Assembly (NCBI GenBank): GCA_010093745.1
Contig: MU005964.1
Location: forward strand, 124,001 to 188,000
Direction of reading: 5' to 3'
Length of the DNA: 64,000 nucleotides
Source: Piedraia hortae CBS 480.64
Taxonomy: Eukaryota
Shown here: positions 46,061-58,019 of the stretch, piece after piece
Layout of the letters: every line of letters starts with the position of its first letter
How positions within the stretch are numbered: position 1 is the stretch's first letter
Translations under genes and position numbers: made by a program
Notes under the pieces: generated by a model
What the model saw: only the letters and a program-made list of their open reading frames with translations
Told to the model about the DNA's origin: nothing
The model's database searches: none

Positions 46061-48433
46061 ATGGCGAAACGCAAAGCAACGCATTCCACCAACCCCCCTT
46101 CCAAAAAACCCAAGCCATCCTCGGAGAGTCCCCTCCTCCTATCCATCCGGACGGACTGGCACGCCGTCCTCCCCCCCTCCATCTCCGCCCACGAAATCTC
46201 AATCATCCCTTCTCAGAAGACCCTCGCTTCGCTACACACGTTCGCGCACTCGCTACTGGAGAAGGAGAATGAAGAATATGATCTCTCCCACCGTAGCGGG
46301 TCTTCTTCTCAGAAGTTCCTGACAACGATCATGGCATCGGGCACGTTGGAGGATAGGGTTAGTGCGCTGACGCTGCTTGTGCAGGAGTCGCCCGCACATG
46401 GGATGAAGGCGTTTGATAATTTGTTGGGGCTGGCGAGGAAGAGGAATAGATCCCAGGCCTTGATGGCTGTTGCGGCGTTGAAGGATTTACTCGGCAGGGG
46501 CGGGGTGCTTCCTGATAGGAAGTTGTGGGGTTTTGGGAGGCAGGGGGGTTTGATCAAGGCATTGGGGGGAAGTGAGTGGACGGTTGGGAGCGACTTGCCC
46601 GTGGGGAATAGGGAGTTGATGCTCTGGGCGTATGAGGATTGGTTGAAGAAGAAGTATTTCGAGTTTGTGCAGATACTGGAGGGGTGGTGTGGGGATGAGG
46701 TTGAGTATACCCGTAACAGGGCCGTGACGTATGTGTGGGAGTTGTTGAGGGATAAGCCGGAGCAGGAGGAGAATTTGTTGAGGTTGTTGGTGAATAAGTT
46801 GGGGGATAAGGCGAAGAAGGTTGCATCCAGGGCGTCATATCTCCTGTTGCAATTGGAGAATTCACATCCGGCGATGAAGGGGGTTGTGACGAAGTGTATT
46901 GAGGCGGATTGTCTGTTTCGACCGGGACAGAGTGACCATGCGAGGTATTATGCGATTATCACGCTTAATCAGACGATTCTGAGTCAGAGGGAGCCCGAGC
47001 TGGCGAATGCGTTGTTGGGGATCTATTTTGCGTTGTTTAATCAGTTGCTTAAGCCTGTTGAGAAGGAGGAGAAAGTTGCGAGTCGACAGGGAGGAGGGGG
47101 GAGGGGGGGTAAAGCTGCTGCGAAGAAGGTGAAGGCGCAGGAACAGGCTAAAGAGGCGGAGGTTCAACTTCGCGAGAAGATGATTGCTCAAGTGCTGATT
47201 GGAGTTAATCGGACTTTTCCCTATTCCGACACGGATAATGCCAAGTTCGAGCAGCAGCTGGATACCATCTTCCGCGTCGCGCACAGCTCGAATTTCAACA
47301 CCTCCGTCCAGGCTCTGATGCTGATCCAGCAGATTTCATCAACTAAACGGGTTGCGCAAGACCGGTTCTACAAGACGCTGTATACCAGCCTCCTTGACAT
47401 GCGGCTGCTGACGAGCAGCAAGCAAGTCATGTATCTCAACTTACTATACAAGAGTCTAAAGGACGATTCTAGCGAGAAGAGGGTGCAGGCGTTTGTCAAG
47501 CGTCTGCTGCAGGTCATTACCATGCACGAGCCGCCCTTTGCGTGCGGCGTCTTGTACCTCATAGTCGAACTCGAAAAGAAGTTTCCGAGCATAAGATCAA
47601 TGATTGAGAAAGCAGCGGAAGATGGTGATGAACAGCTCAGGTACGACTCTCGAAAGCGCAACCCAATGTTCGCCCGAGCCGAGGGCTCGTGTCTATGGGA
47701 CCTGCTGCCATTTCTCCAGCACTACCACCCTTCTGTCGTCTTATTCGCGGAGACTTTGTTGCTGTCCAAGCCCTGCCCTCCGAAGCCAGATCCGGCGAAC
47801 CACACGCTCATTCATTTCCTCGACCGGTTCGTATACAGGAATCCGAAGAGTAAACCTTCGGGTATGCATGGGGCGAGTATTATGCAGCCCATGGGCGGCT
47901 CTGCCAATAGACCAGACATGCTTATCCGTCCCGGAGGCGACGCTTTGGTCGCTTTGCCGGTTAATAATGAGGCTTTCTGGAAGAAGAAGGCTGATAAAGT
48001 CGCGGCGGATGAGATTTTCTTTCATTCGTACTTTAATCAGCTTGGTGGGAAGAGGAAGAAGACGGCCAAGGCGGAGAAGGCAAAGGGTGGGGATAGTGAG
48101 GATGATGAGGGTGAGGATGAGATTTGGAAGGCGCTTGTTAACTCGCGGCCAGAGATTGAGGGGGGTGAGAGTGAGGATGACATTAGTGTGGGAGATTTGG
48201 AGGATGCATATGAGAGTGAGACTGAAGGTGGGAGTGAGGGTGGGTTGGATCTGGGTGGTGATGACGAAGACCTGGTTGAGATGGATGGCATTGACGTCCA
48301 AGATGAAGATGACGAAGCTGCCGAGAGTGAAGAAGAGCCTACATCGAAGAAGAAGCAAGTGAAGAGAAAACTCAAGTCTCTGCCAACGTTTGCAGATGCC
48401 GAGAGCTATGCGAAGCTTCTAGCTGACGATTAG
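46061..48433 (+). CDS. MAK21: Ribosome biogenesis protein Mak21/Noc1 (CBF domain)
   Basis: SGTLEDRVSALTLLVQESPAH, KPEQEENLLRLLVNKLGD, YDSRKRNP, HYHPSV, HTLIHFLDRFVYRNPK and LPTFADAESY. Confidence 0.95.
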   Translation: MAKRKATHSTNPPSKKPKPSSESPLLLSIRTDWHAVLPPSISAHEISIIPSQKTLASLHTFAHSLLEKENEEYDLSHRSGSSSQKFLTTIMASGTLEDRVSALTLLVQESPAHGMKAFDNLLGLARKRNRSQALMAVAALKDLLGRGGVLPDRKLWGFGRQGGLIKALGGSEWTVGSDLPVGNRELMLWAYEDWLKKKYFEFVQILEGWCGDEVEYTRNRAVTYVWELLRDKPEQEENLLRLLVNKLGDKAKKVASRASYLLLQLENSHPAMKGVVTKCIEADCLFRPGQSDHARYYAIITLNQTILSQREPELANALLGIYFALFNQLLKPVEKEEKVASRQGGGGRGGKAAAKKVKAQEQAKEAEVQLREKMIAQVLIGVNRTFPYSDTDNAKFEQQLDTIFRVAHSSNFNTSVQALMLIQQISSTKRVAQDRFYKTLYTSLLDMRLLTSSKQVMYLNLLYKSLKDDSSEKRVQAFVKRLLQVITMHEPPFACGVLYLIVELEKKFPSIRSMIEKAAEDGDEQLRYDSRKRNPMFARAEGSCLWDLLPFLQHYHPSVVLFAETLLLSKPCPPKPDPANHTLIHFLDRFVYRNPKSKPSGMHGASIMQPMGGSANRPDMLIRPGGDALVALPVNNEAFWKKKADKVAADEIFFHSYFNQLGGKRKKTAKAEKAKGGDSEDDEGEDEIWKALVNSRPEIEGGESEDDISVGDLEDAYESETEGGSEGGLDLGGDDEDLVEMDGIDVQDEDDEAAESEEEPTSKKKQVKRKLKSLPTFADAESYAKLLADD

Positions 48434-48590
48434 GTTGTAATTATGCAGTGCGCCAAGAACTGTGAACTGTCACCCTGTGGGTCAGACAAGACGTCATGAG
48501 TCGCGTGCGACGACACTCATCATAAACATCAACACAGAGTACATAGCAACGCAGAATTATGCGACTCACCCATCTCACACACGTTGCAAC

Positions 48591-51500
48591 ATGCCCTATG
48601 GGGACAATAAATATGTAATTCCCTCGGCCGCCCTGGCTGCCTTTGTGTCATGGAGTCTGTTGACCGACTGGCTACCTTCATTACGTTGGATCCCTCATGC
48701 CTTTATCCTCGGGGCCATTGCTGCCGTCCTCGGTCTAATATACGTGATTGGAACGACTGCAAATGACATCACAATCGATGAAGATCACAGTGCTTTTACC
48801 CCCGGATGGGACGTCAACGAGGAACTCGCCCGCCTCAAAGCGCGGGCCGAGTACAGAAGACCGCTCATCTTCCCGCATGCCCGAGCATTCTCCAAAGCCG
48901 TAGATGACCTACTAGACTCGGTTATCAAGCAATACGTGACATCATGGTACGGAAGCCTCTGCTCAAGACCTCTATTCCAGCACGAAATCGACCGCGTGTT
49001 GCGGTCCGTCCTCATGACCTTTGCTGCCCGTCTCACAGACGTGGATCTTGTTGAAATCGGAGTATCCAGAATCTTACCTCTCCTCACCGCCCATTTCCGG
49101 GACTTCTACGACGCAGAAAAGGCCGTAGCTGGAAGTAAACTCGAAGCCACAGATGCAGCTGTAGCGAGCAAGTTCAGAAACGGGAAGCTGCATCCAGTCG
49201 TTTCCGAGACGAACGTCTCAGACCCAAATTCCAAACAACACACCCTCAGACAACTAGTCCAAAAAATAATCAGCATAGTCCTCCCAGGGAACATGAAAAC
49301 CAGCCCCGCAGTCCTCGTCCTCATCAGAGAAATTGTAACCTGCGCGGTCCTCACACCTATAGTCACCACCCTAACCGACCCCGATACCTGGAACCAGCTG
49401 ATCATCAGCATCGGCGGGCCAATGCTACGAGACAGAAAAAGCGTCCGCAAAGTACGTGCCGCTCTGGACCAGCACGCTCCGGCTTCTAGTCCCAAACCCT
49501 CAGGACCAAAGGCTTTTCCCATGCTAAGAGGCAACGATACCGAGAGACAATTTGAACGGTTCATCCGGGCTATCAGACAAGTCAAGACTCTCTCCGAAGC
49601 GAAGAAGTTCAGGAATGAAGTCGTCAGTCAGCTGAGACGGGGTCTTGTTTTCAAAAGTCAGGATACAGTCTACCTACGACGTCTGGAAGCTGGGAAGCGG
49701 CTTCTGGATCAGAAGATCAGTAGTCTCCCACAATCTGATGCCGAACGTAAGACCGAGGTGTCTAACTCTGATTCCCTCCTGGAGAAGAAGAAGCGGGCTT
49801 CGCTAAGGGAGATTATCTACGACTCTGAGGGTCTGGGCCTATTCATGGAATACATGAACCGTCTGCAGGCGTTGCAGCTGGTAAAGTTCTACCTTGCGGT
49901 TGATGGATATCGCTATCCGTTAGAAGGGGATGAGGATACTCTTCCCTCAGGCGCGGATGCGAATGGCGAGAAGATGGATGTTGCAAAGATGTATGAAGAA
50001 TATCTCCGTAAACTTGAGGTTTTGGCGGAGCAGGATTTGAATGCTGTAAGGCGGTATCTGAAAGCTGGGTCCGGGGCGACGATGGCAGAGTACACGGAGG
50101 CAAGGCGTGCGGTGTTGAAGACCCAAACGAGAGTCTACAAGGCCATGAAAGAGCAATATCTAAGCGGGTTCAAACGCTCGGATTTGTATTACAAGTGGTT
50201 GGAGACGGCACCGCCGCTCTTGAGTCCTACGGCTGGCCCGACTAAGCCGAGGTTATCGCTGGATGATCGTCGTCGGTCGGATATGGGGTTTGATGAGAAC
50301 CGTGTGGGAGATACTTTGGATAAGGAGTATGATTCTGACACTGAGGTCCTGCGTCAAGCGCACGAGGAGGCGAAAGTCGTGAGGGATATGCAGAGCGCAC
50401 TGGATGATATTGTGAAGCGGGATCAGGGGTCTGATTTGTTTGATCTAGGCAGTAGTCGACTGCAGGTAAATGCGGGAAACCAGCAAGCGCAGAGACGGTC
50501 TCTGGACCAGCCTAGGTCGTCCTTGCGGGATCAAACTTCTCAGACAAACAAGCCAAGCCTATCCAGTCTGGGACTGGTAGGCGCTCCGTCCACTCGTGGT
50601 GTTTTCGTCGATGACCTCTTCGCGGACGAGGCGGAAAGGTTTGCAGAAGACGAGCGGGAGCAATCTGACGGTGAAGGCAGTATGGGAATTGGTGATGTGC
50701 GGGAAGCTGACCCGGGTGATTTGGGGTTGACAGAGGCGATTGATGCGCTTAGTGCTGAGATTGAAAAGCTCAATGCGCAGAAGGGCATCCTTGATTCGCT
50801 AATGGCAAAGGCGGAACTTACGAACAATAGTGCAGAGTTGCGAATACTCAAAAAGTCTGAGCAGAGTCTGCAACGGGAGATTAGGCAAAAGGAGCTGCAG
50901 AAGCAGCAGTATGCTTTTCAGGAGAATGATAGCAGTCTCTACGGACGGGCTACGCTGTCTGTGCCTTCAGTCGTGGTTGGAAGACAAGACGATGGACATG
51001 AATACGCGCTTTATGTTATTCAAGTGAGACGTCAGGCGGGAGAGAGTATGCCGGCTGCTACTTGGGCAATTACCCGGCGGTATAGCCAGTTTCACGAGCT
51101 TCACAAGAGACTAAAGGCACTCTTTCCTAGTGTCAGAGAACTAGAGTTTCCAAAGCGTCAGGCTTTCTTGACGCTGCAAAAGGATTTTCTACAAAAGCGG
51201 AGGGGTATCTTGGAGAGGTATCTGAGGTCTCTGTTGCTGGTGCCTGCGATATGTCGCAGCCGGGAACTACGGGCTTTCCTGTCCCAGTCCGCTATCGCTT
51301 CGACCGATACGGACGGAAGTCAAGTCGACGCCAAAGACTTTGTTGCTCGCATCTACAACTCAGTCTCGGACGGAATGGAAGAGTTTCTAGGCAACGTGCC
51401 AGTACTCGATCAGTTGTCTGTAGCGGGCCAGAATCTAGTCCTAGCAGCCACAGCGCAAATAAGCGCCACAGCGTCAGGAAACTTGGACGCGTCAAGCCAA

Positions 51501-52040
51501 CAACCAGAGGCGGAGTCCGGTGTTAGAGAACCCGAGCCGTTTGTGAAGCCGATAGCTGATTTGTTCCTCGAAACGTTTGAGCTCAACAAGGGCAACAGCT
51601 GGCTACGCGGGCGCACAATTGTTGTTATCCTACATCAATTGCTGGGCGGACAAATCGAGCGCAAGATTCAAGAGGCTGCTAAGAATGCCGTAACAGATGC
51701 CAGTCTGTCAAACCATGTAAAGTTCCTCAAGGACGTCATGTGGCCCGGCGGTAATCCAAGGTCGACGTCGGCGCCTCGGAGTGCGGCCAGGAAGGCTCGG
51801 GCGAAAAAGGAAGCCGCTCTCCTCCTGGGCGCCCTCATCCCGGACATTGCGGGAGGCGTGGTAGGCAAGCAGAATGCCGTGGCTGCCAGCAGGAAGCTCT
51901 CTGCGGTGGTGAATAATGAGCGGTTGTTGTGAGTGCTTAAAGTCTGTTTGGTGGGTTAGGCTGACTATTACAGGACGCACTTGGTTTTTACACTCTTGGA
52001 CGAGGTTGTCAAGGTCGTTTTTCCAGGTTCCATCCCCTGA
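48591..52040 (+). CDS. MDM1: PXA-RGS-PX-Nexin_C sorting nexin (Mdm1/SNX13-25 family)
   Basis: Two N-terminal transmembrane segments, PXA (YVTSWY), RGS (LGLFMEYM), PX (RRYSQFHELH...LEFP), Nexin_C (WLRGRTIV, MWPGG). A short last exon ends at TGA 52038-52040. Confidence 0.9.
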
Positions 52041-52257
52041 CATTGGCCGAGGTGCAAGGACAGCCACCAACGGTCGGGTGTGAACCTTACCGTAGGTTGA
52101 TTAAATGGCGTACACGGACTCGTCATCACACCAGGTACATGGTCAGGCAGTACAGTTGTGATGGAACCGCCACTGAACGTGTCCGAGGGACCTCGGCCGT
52201 GGATTGTTTTATATGCTGAGAATTACTACTTTCTAGCATCTGTTCATTTCAGTCACG

Positions 52258-53595
52258 ATGCGATACACTCTACTTTCATTGTTCCTTGTGGGCGGGACGG
52301 TAGCGAGGCCCTCGCCTGATATCAAGCAGAGGGCTGCAGCCGATCCTGTGTCCAGCTTGAACCAGCTACCGACATCTGCAGCAGGAACGTCTGCTCAGTC
52401 CAGTGCCCTTACCATTTTGCAATCGGCAAAGCCCACAGCTACACCAGCAAATGTTGACGAGGCTGCCTCCAAGCTTCAGGCCATTTACCAGGCCAGTCCC
52501 ACCCCAAAGAACCTCTATGCTGCCTTGGCAGACATGGTTGAGGCGGGTCTTACCCCCAACGATGCCCAGAGCGCACTCAACTATGTAATTGGTGCCTTGA
52601 CGGGTCAAAATAGCGACACAAACCTAAATCTTCGGATTCCCATTCCCCTAGCCTACCCCAAAGCCAACTCCAGCGATGCACCCTACTCCCTCACCGAAGC
52701 CCAACTCCGCGCAGCAATCTACATCCCACCCACCTTCCAATACGGCGCAGGCAACAAACAACCCGTAATCCTCGTCCCCGGCACGGGTGGAACGGGCTAC
52801 CTCTCCTTCGCGGGCAACTTCATCCCACTACTCCGCAACTCCCCCATCGCTGATATCGTCTGGCTCAACATCCCCAAATATCTCCTCAACGACGTCCAGT
52901 CCAACGCCGAGTACGTCGCATACGCAATTAACTACATCTACGGCATCAGCAACCACAAACCCGTGGCAACAATCGCCTGGTCCCAAGGCAACCTCGACGT
53001 CCAATGGGCACTGAAATATTGGCCCTCCGCACGAGGGCGCGTAACAGACCACATCGCCATATCCCCTGACTACGACGGCACCATCCTCGCAAACTTCATC
53101 TCCCTAGGTGAACCCCTCCCCCCTGCAATCCTCCAACAAAACTACAACAGCAAACTCATCCAAGCACTACACACCAACAACGGCGACTCAGCATACGTCC
53201 CCACGACGGTAATCTACTCCGCATCTGACGAGATCGTACAGCCGCAAAGCGGGACAGGCGCGTCAGCGTACCTTCTCGATACACGCAATCTTGGCGTAAC
53301 AAATTCCGAAGTGCAGGTTGTATGTGCAGGCCACCCGGCGGGAGGTTTTTATACGCATGAGGGGGTCATGTATAACCCTCTGACATATGCATTGGCGATT
53401 GATGCGCTCACGCACGATGGACCGGGACGGACGGAGAGACTGGATCTTAGCGTTGTTTGTGCTAGTTACCTCGCCCAAGGGCTGGATTTGACGGATTTTG
53501 TGAATACGGAGAATACGATTCTTGTGTCGGGTGTGGCGACGTTGGTGTATCAGCCGAAGGTGGTGAGTGAGCCGGCAATTAGGGGGTATGCGTAG
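52258..53595 (+). CDS. Secreted lipase B (CALB-like)
   Basis: Signal peptide, PVILVPGTG, NAEYVAYAINY, nucleophile AWSQG, SPDYDGT, YSASDEIVQPQ and FYTHEG. Confidence 0.92.
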   Translation: MRYTLLSLFLVGGTVARPSPDIKQRAAADPVSSLNQLPTSAAGTSAQSSALTILQSAKPTATPANVDEAASKLQAIYQASPTPKNLYAALADMVEAGLTPNDAQSALNYVIGALTGQNSDTNLNLRIPIPLAYPKANSSDAPYSLTEAQLRAAIYIPPTFQYGAGNKQPVILVPGTGGTGYLSFAGNFIPLLRNSPIADIVWLNIPKYLLNDVQSNAEYVAYAINYIYGISNHKPVATIAWSQGNLDVQWALKYWPSARGRVTDHIAISPDYDGTILANFISLGEPLPPAILQQNYNSKLIQALHTNNGDSAYVPTTVIYSASDEIVQPQSGTGASAYLLDTRNLGVTNSEVQVVCAGHPAGGFYTHEGVMYNPLTYALAIDALTHDGPGRTERLDLSVVCASYLAQGLDLTDFVNTENTILVSGVATLVYQPKVVSEPAIRGYA

Positions 53596-53614
53596 ATTAC
53601 AATGGTTTGGGGGG

Positions 53615-53959
53615 NNNNNNNNNNNNNNNNNNNNNNNNNNNNNNNNNNNNNNNNNNNNNNNNNNNNNNNNNNNNNNNNNNNNNNNNNNNNNNNNNNNNNN
53701 NNNNNNNNNNNNNNNNNNNNNNNNNNNNNNNNNNNNNNNNNNNNNNNNNNNNNNNNNNNNNNNNNNNNNNNNNNNNNNNNNNNNNNNNNNNNNNNNNNNN
53801 NNNNNNNNNNNNNNNNNNNNNNNNNNNNNNNNNNNNNNNNNNNNNNNNNNNNNNNNNNNNNNNNNNNNNNNNNNNNNNNNNNNNNNNNNNNNNNNNNNNN
53901 NNNNNNNNNNNNNNNNNNNNNNNNNNNNNNNNNNNNNNNNNNNNNNNNNNNNNNNNNNN
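53615..53959. other. Assembly gap (345 N)
   Basis: Run of N bases. Confidence 1.
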
Positions 53960-54211
53960 GGTAGCTCGATGCAAGAGATGGGAGCGTCAAGATCCTCGAG
54001 GGGGAGAAGAGAATATGACACTACACTTCAAAGAATTAGGACAGCCACGTTCGTGATACGCACTTTGATGGGCATGGTCTACCCGCGTGGAGATATCCGG
54101 GATCGGAACGGGCCGTACCTAGTCCCATGCGCAGCGATTTCTAATTCAACCCCACCAAACCTCAAGTACAACGAACCCAATCACTCCACCAACCCTCATC
54201 ATTGCAATACA

Positions 54212-57200
54212 ATGGACACGAAAACCTTCATCTCCGACACGCTCCTCTCCTTAACCGGCCTCAGTGCAGATTTAACCATAGACTTCATACTCGCGTCCGC
54301 GGAGAAAGCCAAATCGCCGGATGCGCTGAAGGAAAAGTTAGCAGAGTTTTTGGATTTACCCGCAGATCAGGTGGGGGGGTTCGCCGGGGAGGTGTTTAGA
54401 CGGGTGAAGCCGGAGTGGAGAGGGGGTGATGATGGGGAGGGGGCGCGGAAAAAGACTAGGGGGCCAGGGAGGGGGAAGAAGTATGGGTTTGTGGAAATGT
54501 TCGACCCGGCGGAGGAGGAGGATGCTAAGGTGGCAGCGCCGCCGCCCAGGGAGAGGAAGAGGAGGGTTAGGCGAAGGGAGGAGAGGGATGCATGGGGTGA
54601 TGAGACCCCTTCCGAGGACGAGCCGGAGAGAGAAACTAAACGCGTGAGGACTGAGGAGGAGGGACACGGTCCACCCAATGGGGATGATAAAACCAAGGAT
54701 GCTCCCTCCTCCGACGACGTCGACGACGACGAAAAAGACGAAAAAGAGCGCCTAGCGCTGGAAAAGCGCCTCCGCGAGAAAGATGCCCGCGCCACGAAGA
54801 AAGCCAGCGATGAAGGGGCCATGGAGAGGCGGATCAAAGAAGGAAAACTAACCAAAGAAGACATGAACAACCTCCGCCTCATGTCGCGGAGGGGGTACAT
54901 GAAAAAACGCGTTGCTCAGACCGTGGCTCTCTTAAAACGACAAGTCGAAGACGAGGCAGAAGAAGAGCGAACCAACCCCCGTCTCACGGCAGCAGAAAAA
55001 GCACAGTTTGCGCGGAACAGAGAAGCGTTGATGCTTGCCGAGGAGCGGGAGAAATTAGATATATCCCGGGAGGGATATCAGATGCCGACTGATTACATCA
55101 CTGAAGATGGGAAGATGGACATGAAGCGGAAGAAAGAGGTTTTATATGGACGATACGTCGATCGGGACGAGACTGGAAAGGAAAAATTCGTAACTGATCA
55201 CGACGAGTGGGAGAGGAAACAGCTTGAGATGACGAAAGCGCAGGTTAGGGTTGCTGAGCGGAAGGAGGAGGAGAGGTATGAGTATGTTTTGGATGAGAGC
55301 CAGTATGTTCGTTGGGCGCAAGATGCGATTCAAAGTGGTGGGCTAAGCCAGATGAAGAGTCAGAGCGAAAGAGCCTTGGCTCAGCAGCTGATGGAGGCGG
55401 AGAAAAAGGCCCAGACGATTGCGGAGAAGAGGAAGACGTTGCCGGTGTACCAGTATAGGGATACGTTTTTGCAGGCGGTAAAGGATTATCAGGTTTTGAT
55501 TATTGTCGCGGAGACGGGGTCCGGGAAGACGACGCAGCTACCGCAGTATCTGTACGAGGCGGGGTATTGTAAGGATGGGAAGAAGGTGGGATGTACCCAG
55601 CCGAGAAGGGTGGCTGCTATGAGCGTTGCGGCGCGTGTGGCGGAGGAGATGGGTGTTAAGGTTGGGCATGAAGTGGGTTATTCGATCCGTTTCGAGGATG
55701 CTACGACGGAGAAAACGGCGTTGAAGTATATGACGGATGGTATGTTGCTGCGGGAGTTTCTCACGGAGCCCGATCTCGGAGGTTATAGCTGTCTCATGAT
55801 CGATGAGGCTCATGAGAGAACTCTTCATACGGATATTCTCTTTGGGCTTGTCAAGGATGTGGCTCGCAGTCGTCCTGATTTACGCCTGCTCATCTCTTCG
55901 GCTACGCTTGATGCTCAGAAGTTCTCAGAGTTTTTTGATGATGCACCGATATTAAATATTCCCGGTCGCACGTTTGATGTGGAAACGCATTACTGCCTGC
56001 AGCCAGAGGCGAATCACTTGATGGCAGCTGTAACGACCGTGTTTCAAATCCACATGTCACAGCCCATGCCGGGGGATATTCTAGTCTTTCTCACTGGCCA
56101 AGAAGAGATTGAACAGGCTGAGCAGTGGCTAACAGACACGGCACGCAAGCTAGGCAAAGCAGCCCCCGAACTTCTCATCTGTCCTATTTACGCAAACCTG
56201 CCCACCGACCTCCAACAACGCATCTTCGCCCCTACACCTCCCAATTGCCGCAAGGTCGTGCTGGCTACCAACATCGCCGAAACAAGTTTAACAATCGACA
56301 ACATTGGCTATGTGATCGACCCCGGCTTCGTCAAAGAAAACCGCTACACTCCCGCCACGAACATGGAATCTCTCGACACCGTAACCATCTCACGCGCGTC
56401 AGCAAACCAACGCGCTGGTCGCGCCGGCCGCACTCAAAAGGGCAAATGTTTCCGTCTGTACACCAAATGGGCATATTACAACGAACTACCCGAGAACACC
56501 ACTCCCGAAATCCAACGCACCAACCTCACAAGCGTAATCCTCCTCCTGAAATCCGTCGGCATCCACGACCTCTTCAACTTCGACTTCATGGACCCACCCC
56601 ACTCATCCATGCTCGAAAAAAGCCTCGGACAACTCTACGCCTTAGGCGCAATCAACCACAAGGGCTCACTAACCAAACTCGGGCGCCAAATGGCCGAGTT
56701 CCCCACCGACCCCATGCTCGCGAAAGCAGTCCTCGCGGCAGAAAAAGAAGGCTGCGTAGACGAAGTCCTAAGCATAGTAGCAATGCTAGGCGAAGCCTCC
56801 GCGCTCTTCTTCCGTCCCAAAGACAAAAGAACCGCCGCGGACGCGGCTCGCGCGAGGTTCACCTCTAAAGAGGGCGGCGATCACTTAACCTACCTGAACA
56901 TCTACACCCAATGGGAGGAGAGCGGGTATAACCCCCTCTGGGCGAGGAAGAATTTCGTTCAACAACGCTCCCTTACCCGTGCGAGGGATGTGCGGGATCA
57001 GCTCGCTAAACTCTGCGAACGGGTTGAGGTTCGTCCGTGTTCGGTGGGGATCACGAATATCATCCCCATCCAACGCGCTCTGGTAGCGGGTTTCTTTACC
57101 AATGCGGCGAGATTGCAAAAGGGGGGGGAGACATATAGAACTGTTAAGATGGGTACGACGGTTTATTTACATCCGAGTTCGACGTTGGTGGATGTAAGGC

Positions 57201-57367
57201 CAAGGTGGGTCGTGTTTCATGAGGTTGTGGTTACGAGTAAGGAGTTTATGAGGAGTGTTATGCCTGTAAGGCCGGAGTGGTTGTATGAGCTTGCGCCGCA
57301 TTATCATAAGGAAAAGGAGATTGAGGAGTTGGGGGTCAAGAAGGTGTTGCCGAAAATGAGGAGGTAG
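54212..57367 (+). CDS. cdc28: Pre-mRNA splicing DEAH-box helicase (Prp2/DHX16)
   Basis: Starts MDTKTFISDTLL. Motifs AETGSGKTTQLPQ, TQPRRVAAMSVA, DEAH, SAT and QRAGRAGR, with HA2/OB tail WLYELAPHYH. Confidence 0.95.
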   Translation: MDTKTFISDTLLSLTGLSADLTIDFILASAEKAKSPDALKEKLAEFLDLPADQVGGFAGEVFRRVKPEWRGGDDGEGARKKTRGPGRGKKYGFVEMFDPAEEEDAKVAAPPPRERKRRVRRREERDAWGDETPSEDEPERETKRVRTEEEGHGPPNGDDKTKDAPSSDDVDDDEKDEKERLALEKRLREKDARATKKASDEGAMERRIKEGKLTKEDMNNLRLMSRRGYMKKRVAQTVALLKRQVEDEAEEERTNPRLTAAEKAQFARNREALMLAEEREKLDISREGYQMPTDYITEDGKMDMKRKKEVLYGRYVDRDETGKEKFVTDHDEWERKQLEMTKAQVRVAERKEEERYEYVLDESQYVRWAQDAIQSGGLSQMKSQSERALAQQLMEAEKKAQTIAEKRKTLPVYQYRDTFLQAVKDYQVLIIVAETGSGKTTQLPQYLYEAGYCKDGKKVGCTQPRRVAAMSVAARVAEEMGVKVGHEVGYSIRFEDATTEKTALKYMTDGMLLREFLTEPDLGGYSCLMIDEAHERTLHTDILFGLVKDVARSRPDLRLLISSATLDAQKFSEFFDDAPILNIPGRTFDVETHYCLQPEANHLMAAVTTVFQIHMSQPMPGDILVFLTGQEEIEQAEQWLTDTARKLGKAAPELLICPIYANLPTDLQQRIFAPTPPNCRKVVLATNIAETSLTIDNIGYVIDPGFVKENRYTPATNMESLDTVTISRASANQRAGRAGRTQKGKCFRLYTKWAYYNELPENTTPEIQRTNLTSVILLLKSVGIHDLFNFDFMDPPHSSMLEKSLGQLYALGAINHKGSLTKLGRQMAEFPTDPMLAKAVLAAEKEGCVDEVLSIVAMLGEASALFFRPKDKRTAADAARARFTSKEGGDHLTYLNIYTQWEESGYNPLWARKNFVQQRSLTRARDVRDQLAKLCERVEVRPCSVGITNIIPIQRALVAGFFTNAARLQKGGETYRTVKMGTTVYLHPSSTLVDVRPRWVVFHEVVVTSKEFMRSVMPVRPEWLYELAPHYHKEKEIEELGVKKVLPKMRR

Positions 57368-57419
57368 TGTATGGAAGGGTTTGTAGGGATGTTGTGCAAC
57401 GTCAGTCTGATGATGTGTT

Positions 57420-57890
57420 GATTGCACTAAGATACTCAGGCGCTAATGGATGTGTAGCCGTTGCTGAGGCTACACTTGATCTTAAATCCTTCGAAGATGA
57501 CACATTATGAAGGTTCTCAGAGTGGATTCAGAACGTCAAGATTGCATTGAACTATCCGGACGCTAACGGACGTGTATCATAGCCGTTGCAGGGACTCCAC
57601 TCGATCTAAGCCCAGGATGATCGCGTGCTGATATCGGCTTGCGCCGTCTAACGCCCATTAGGGTCCGAGCATAAGCTCATTAGGAGCTATGACCCATCCA
57701 TGGACATAAAACGAAAAACAAACAAACAAGTCCAGGATGACACATTACATGGAGGTTCTTTGTGTGGGGGGTTCAAAACAGTCATCCGGAAAGTAAGTCG
57801 ATTGCACTGAGCTAAGCAGCAGCTAATGGATGTGGATGTGAAGCCGTTGCAGAGGACCTGCTTGATCTAAGCCCCTCGAGGATGACACAC
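57420..57890. repeat. Degenerate ~120-bp direct-repeat array (about 3.5 copies)
   Basis: Units start with GATTGCA at 57420, 57540 and 57800, and share GCTAAYGGAYGTG, AGCCGTTGC, GATCT(T)AA and GATGA. A partial 3' half occupies 57728-57785. Confidence 0.85.
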
Positions 57891-58019
57891 CCCTCGGCTC
57901 GGGGGTGGGGGTGACAGACACGTGTAACGCTGGGTACCTCTACATTATCTCGGTGACTCACTGAGAAGTATGTTTTCTCGCCGGTAAGGGAGGGAAACGG
58001 TGCATACCGACAGCACAAC

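Noticed and set aside
53567..57367. 1266-aa ORF (and other X-rich ORFs) spanning the N run
   Set aside because: Artefact of translating through the assembly gap; the helicase plausibly starts at ATG 54212.
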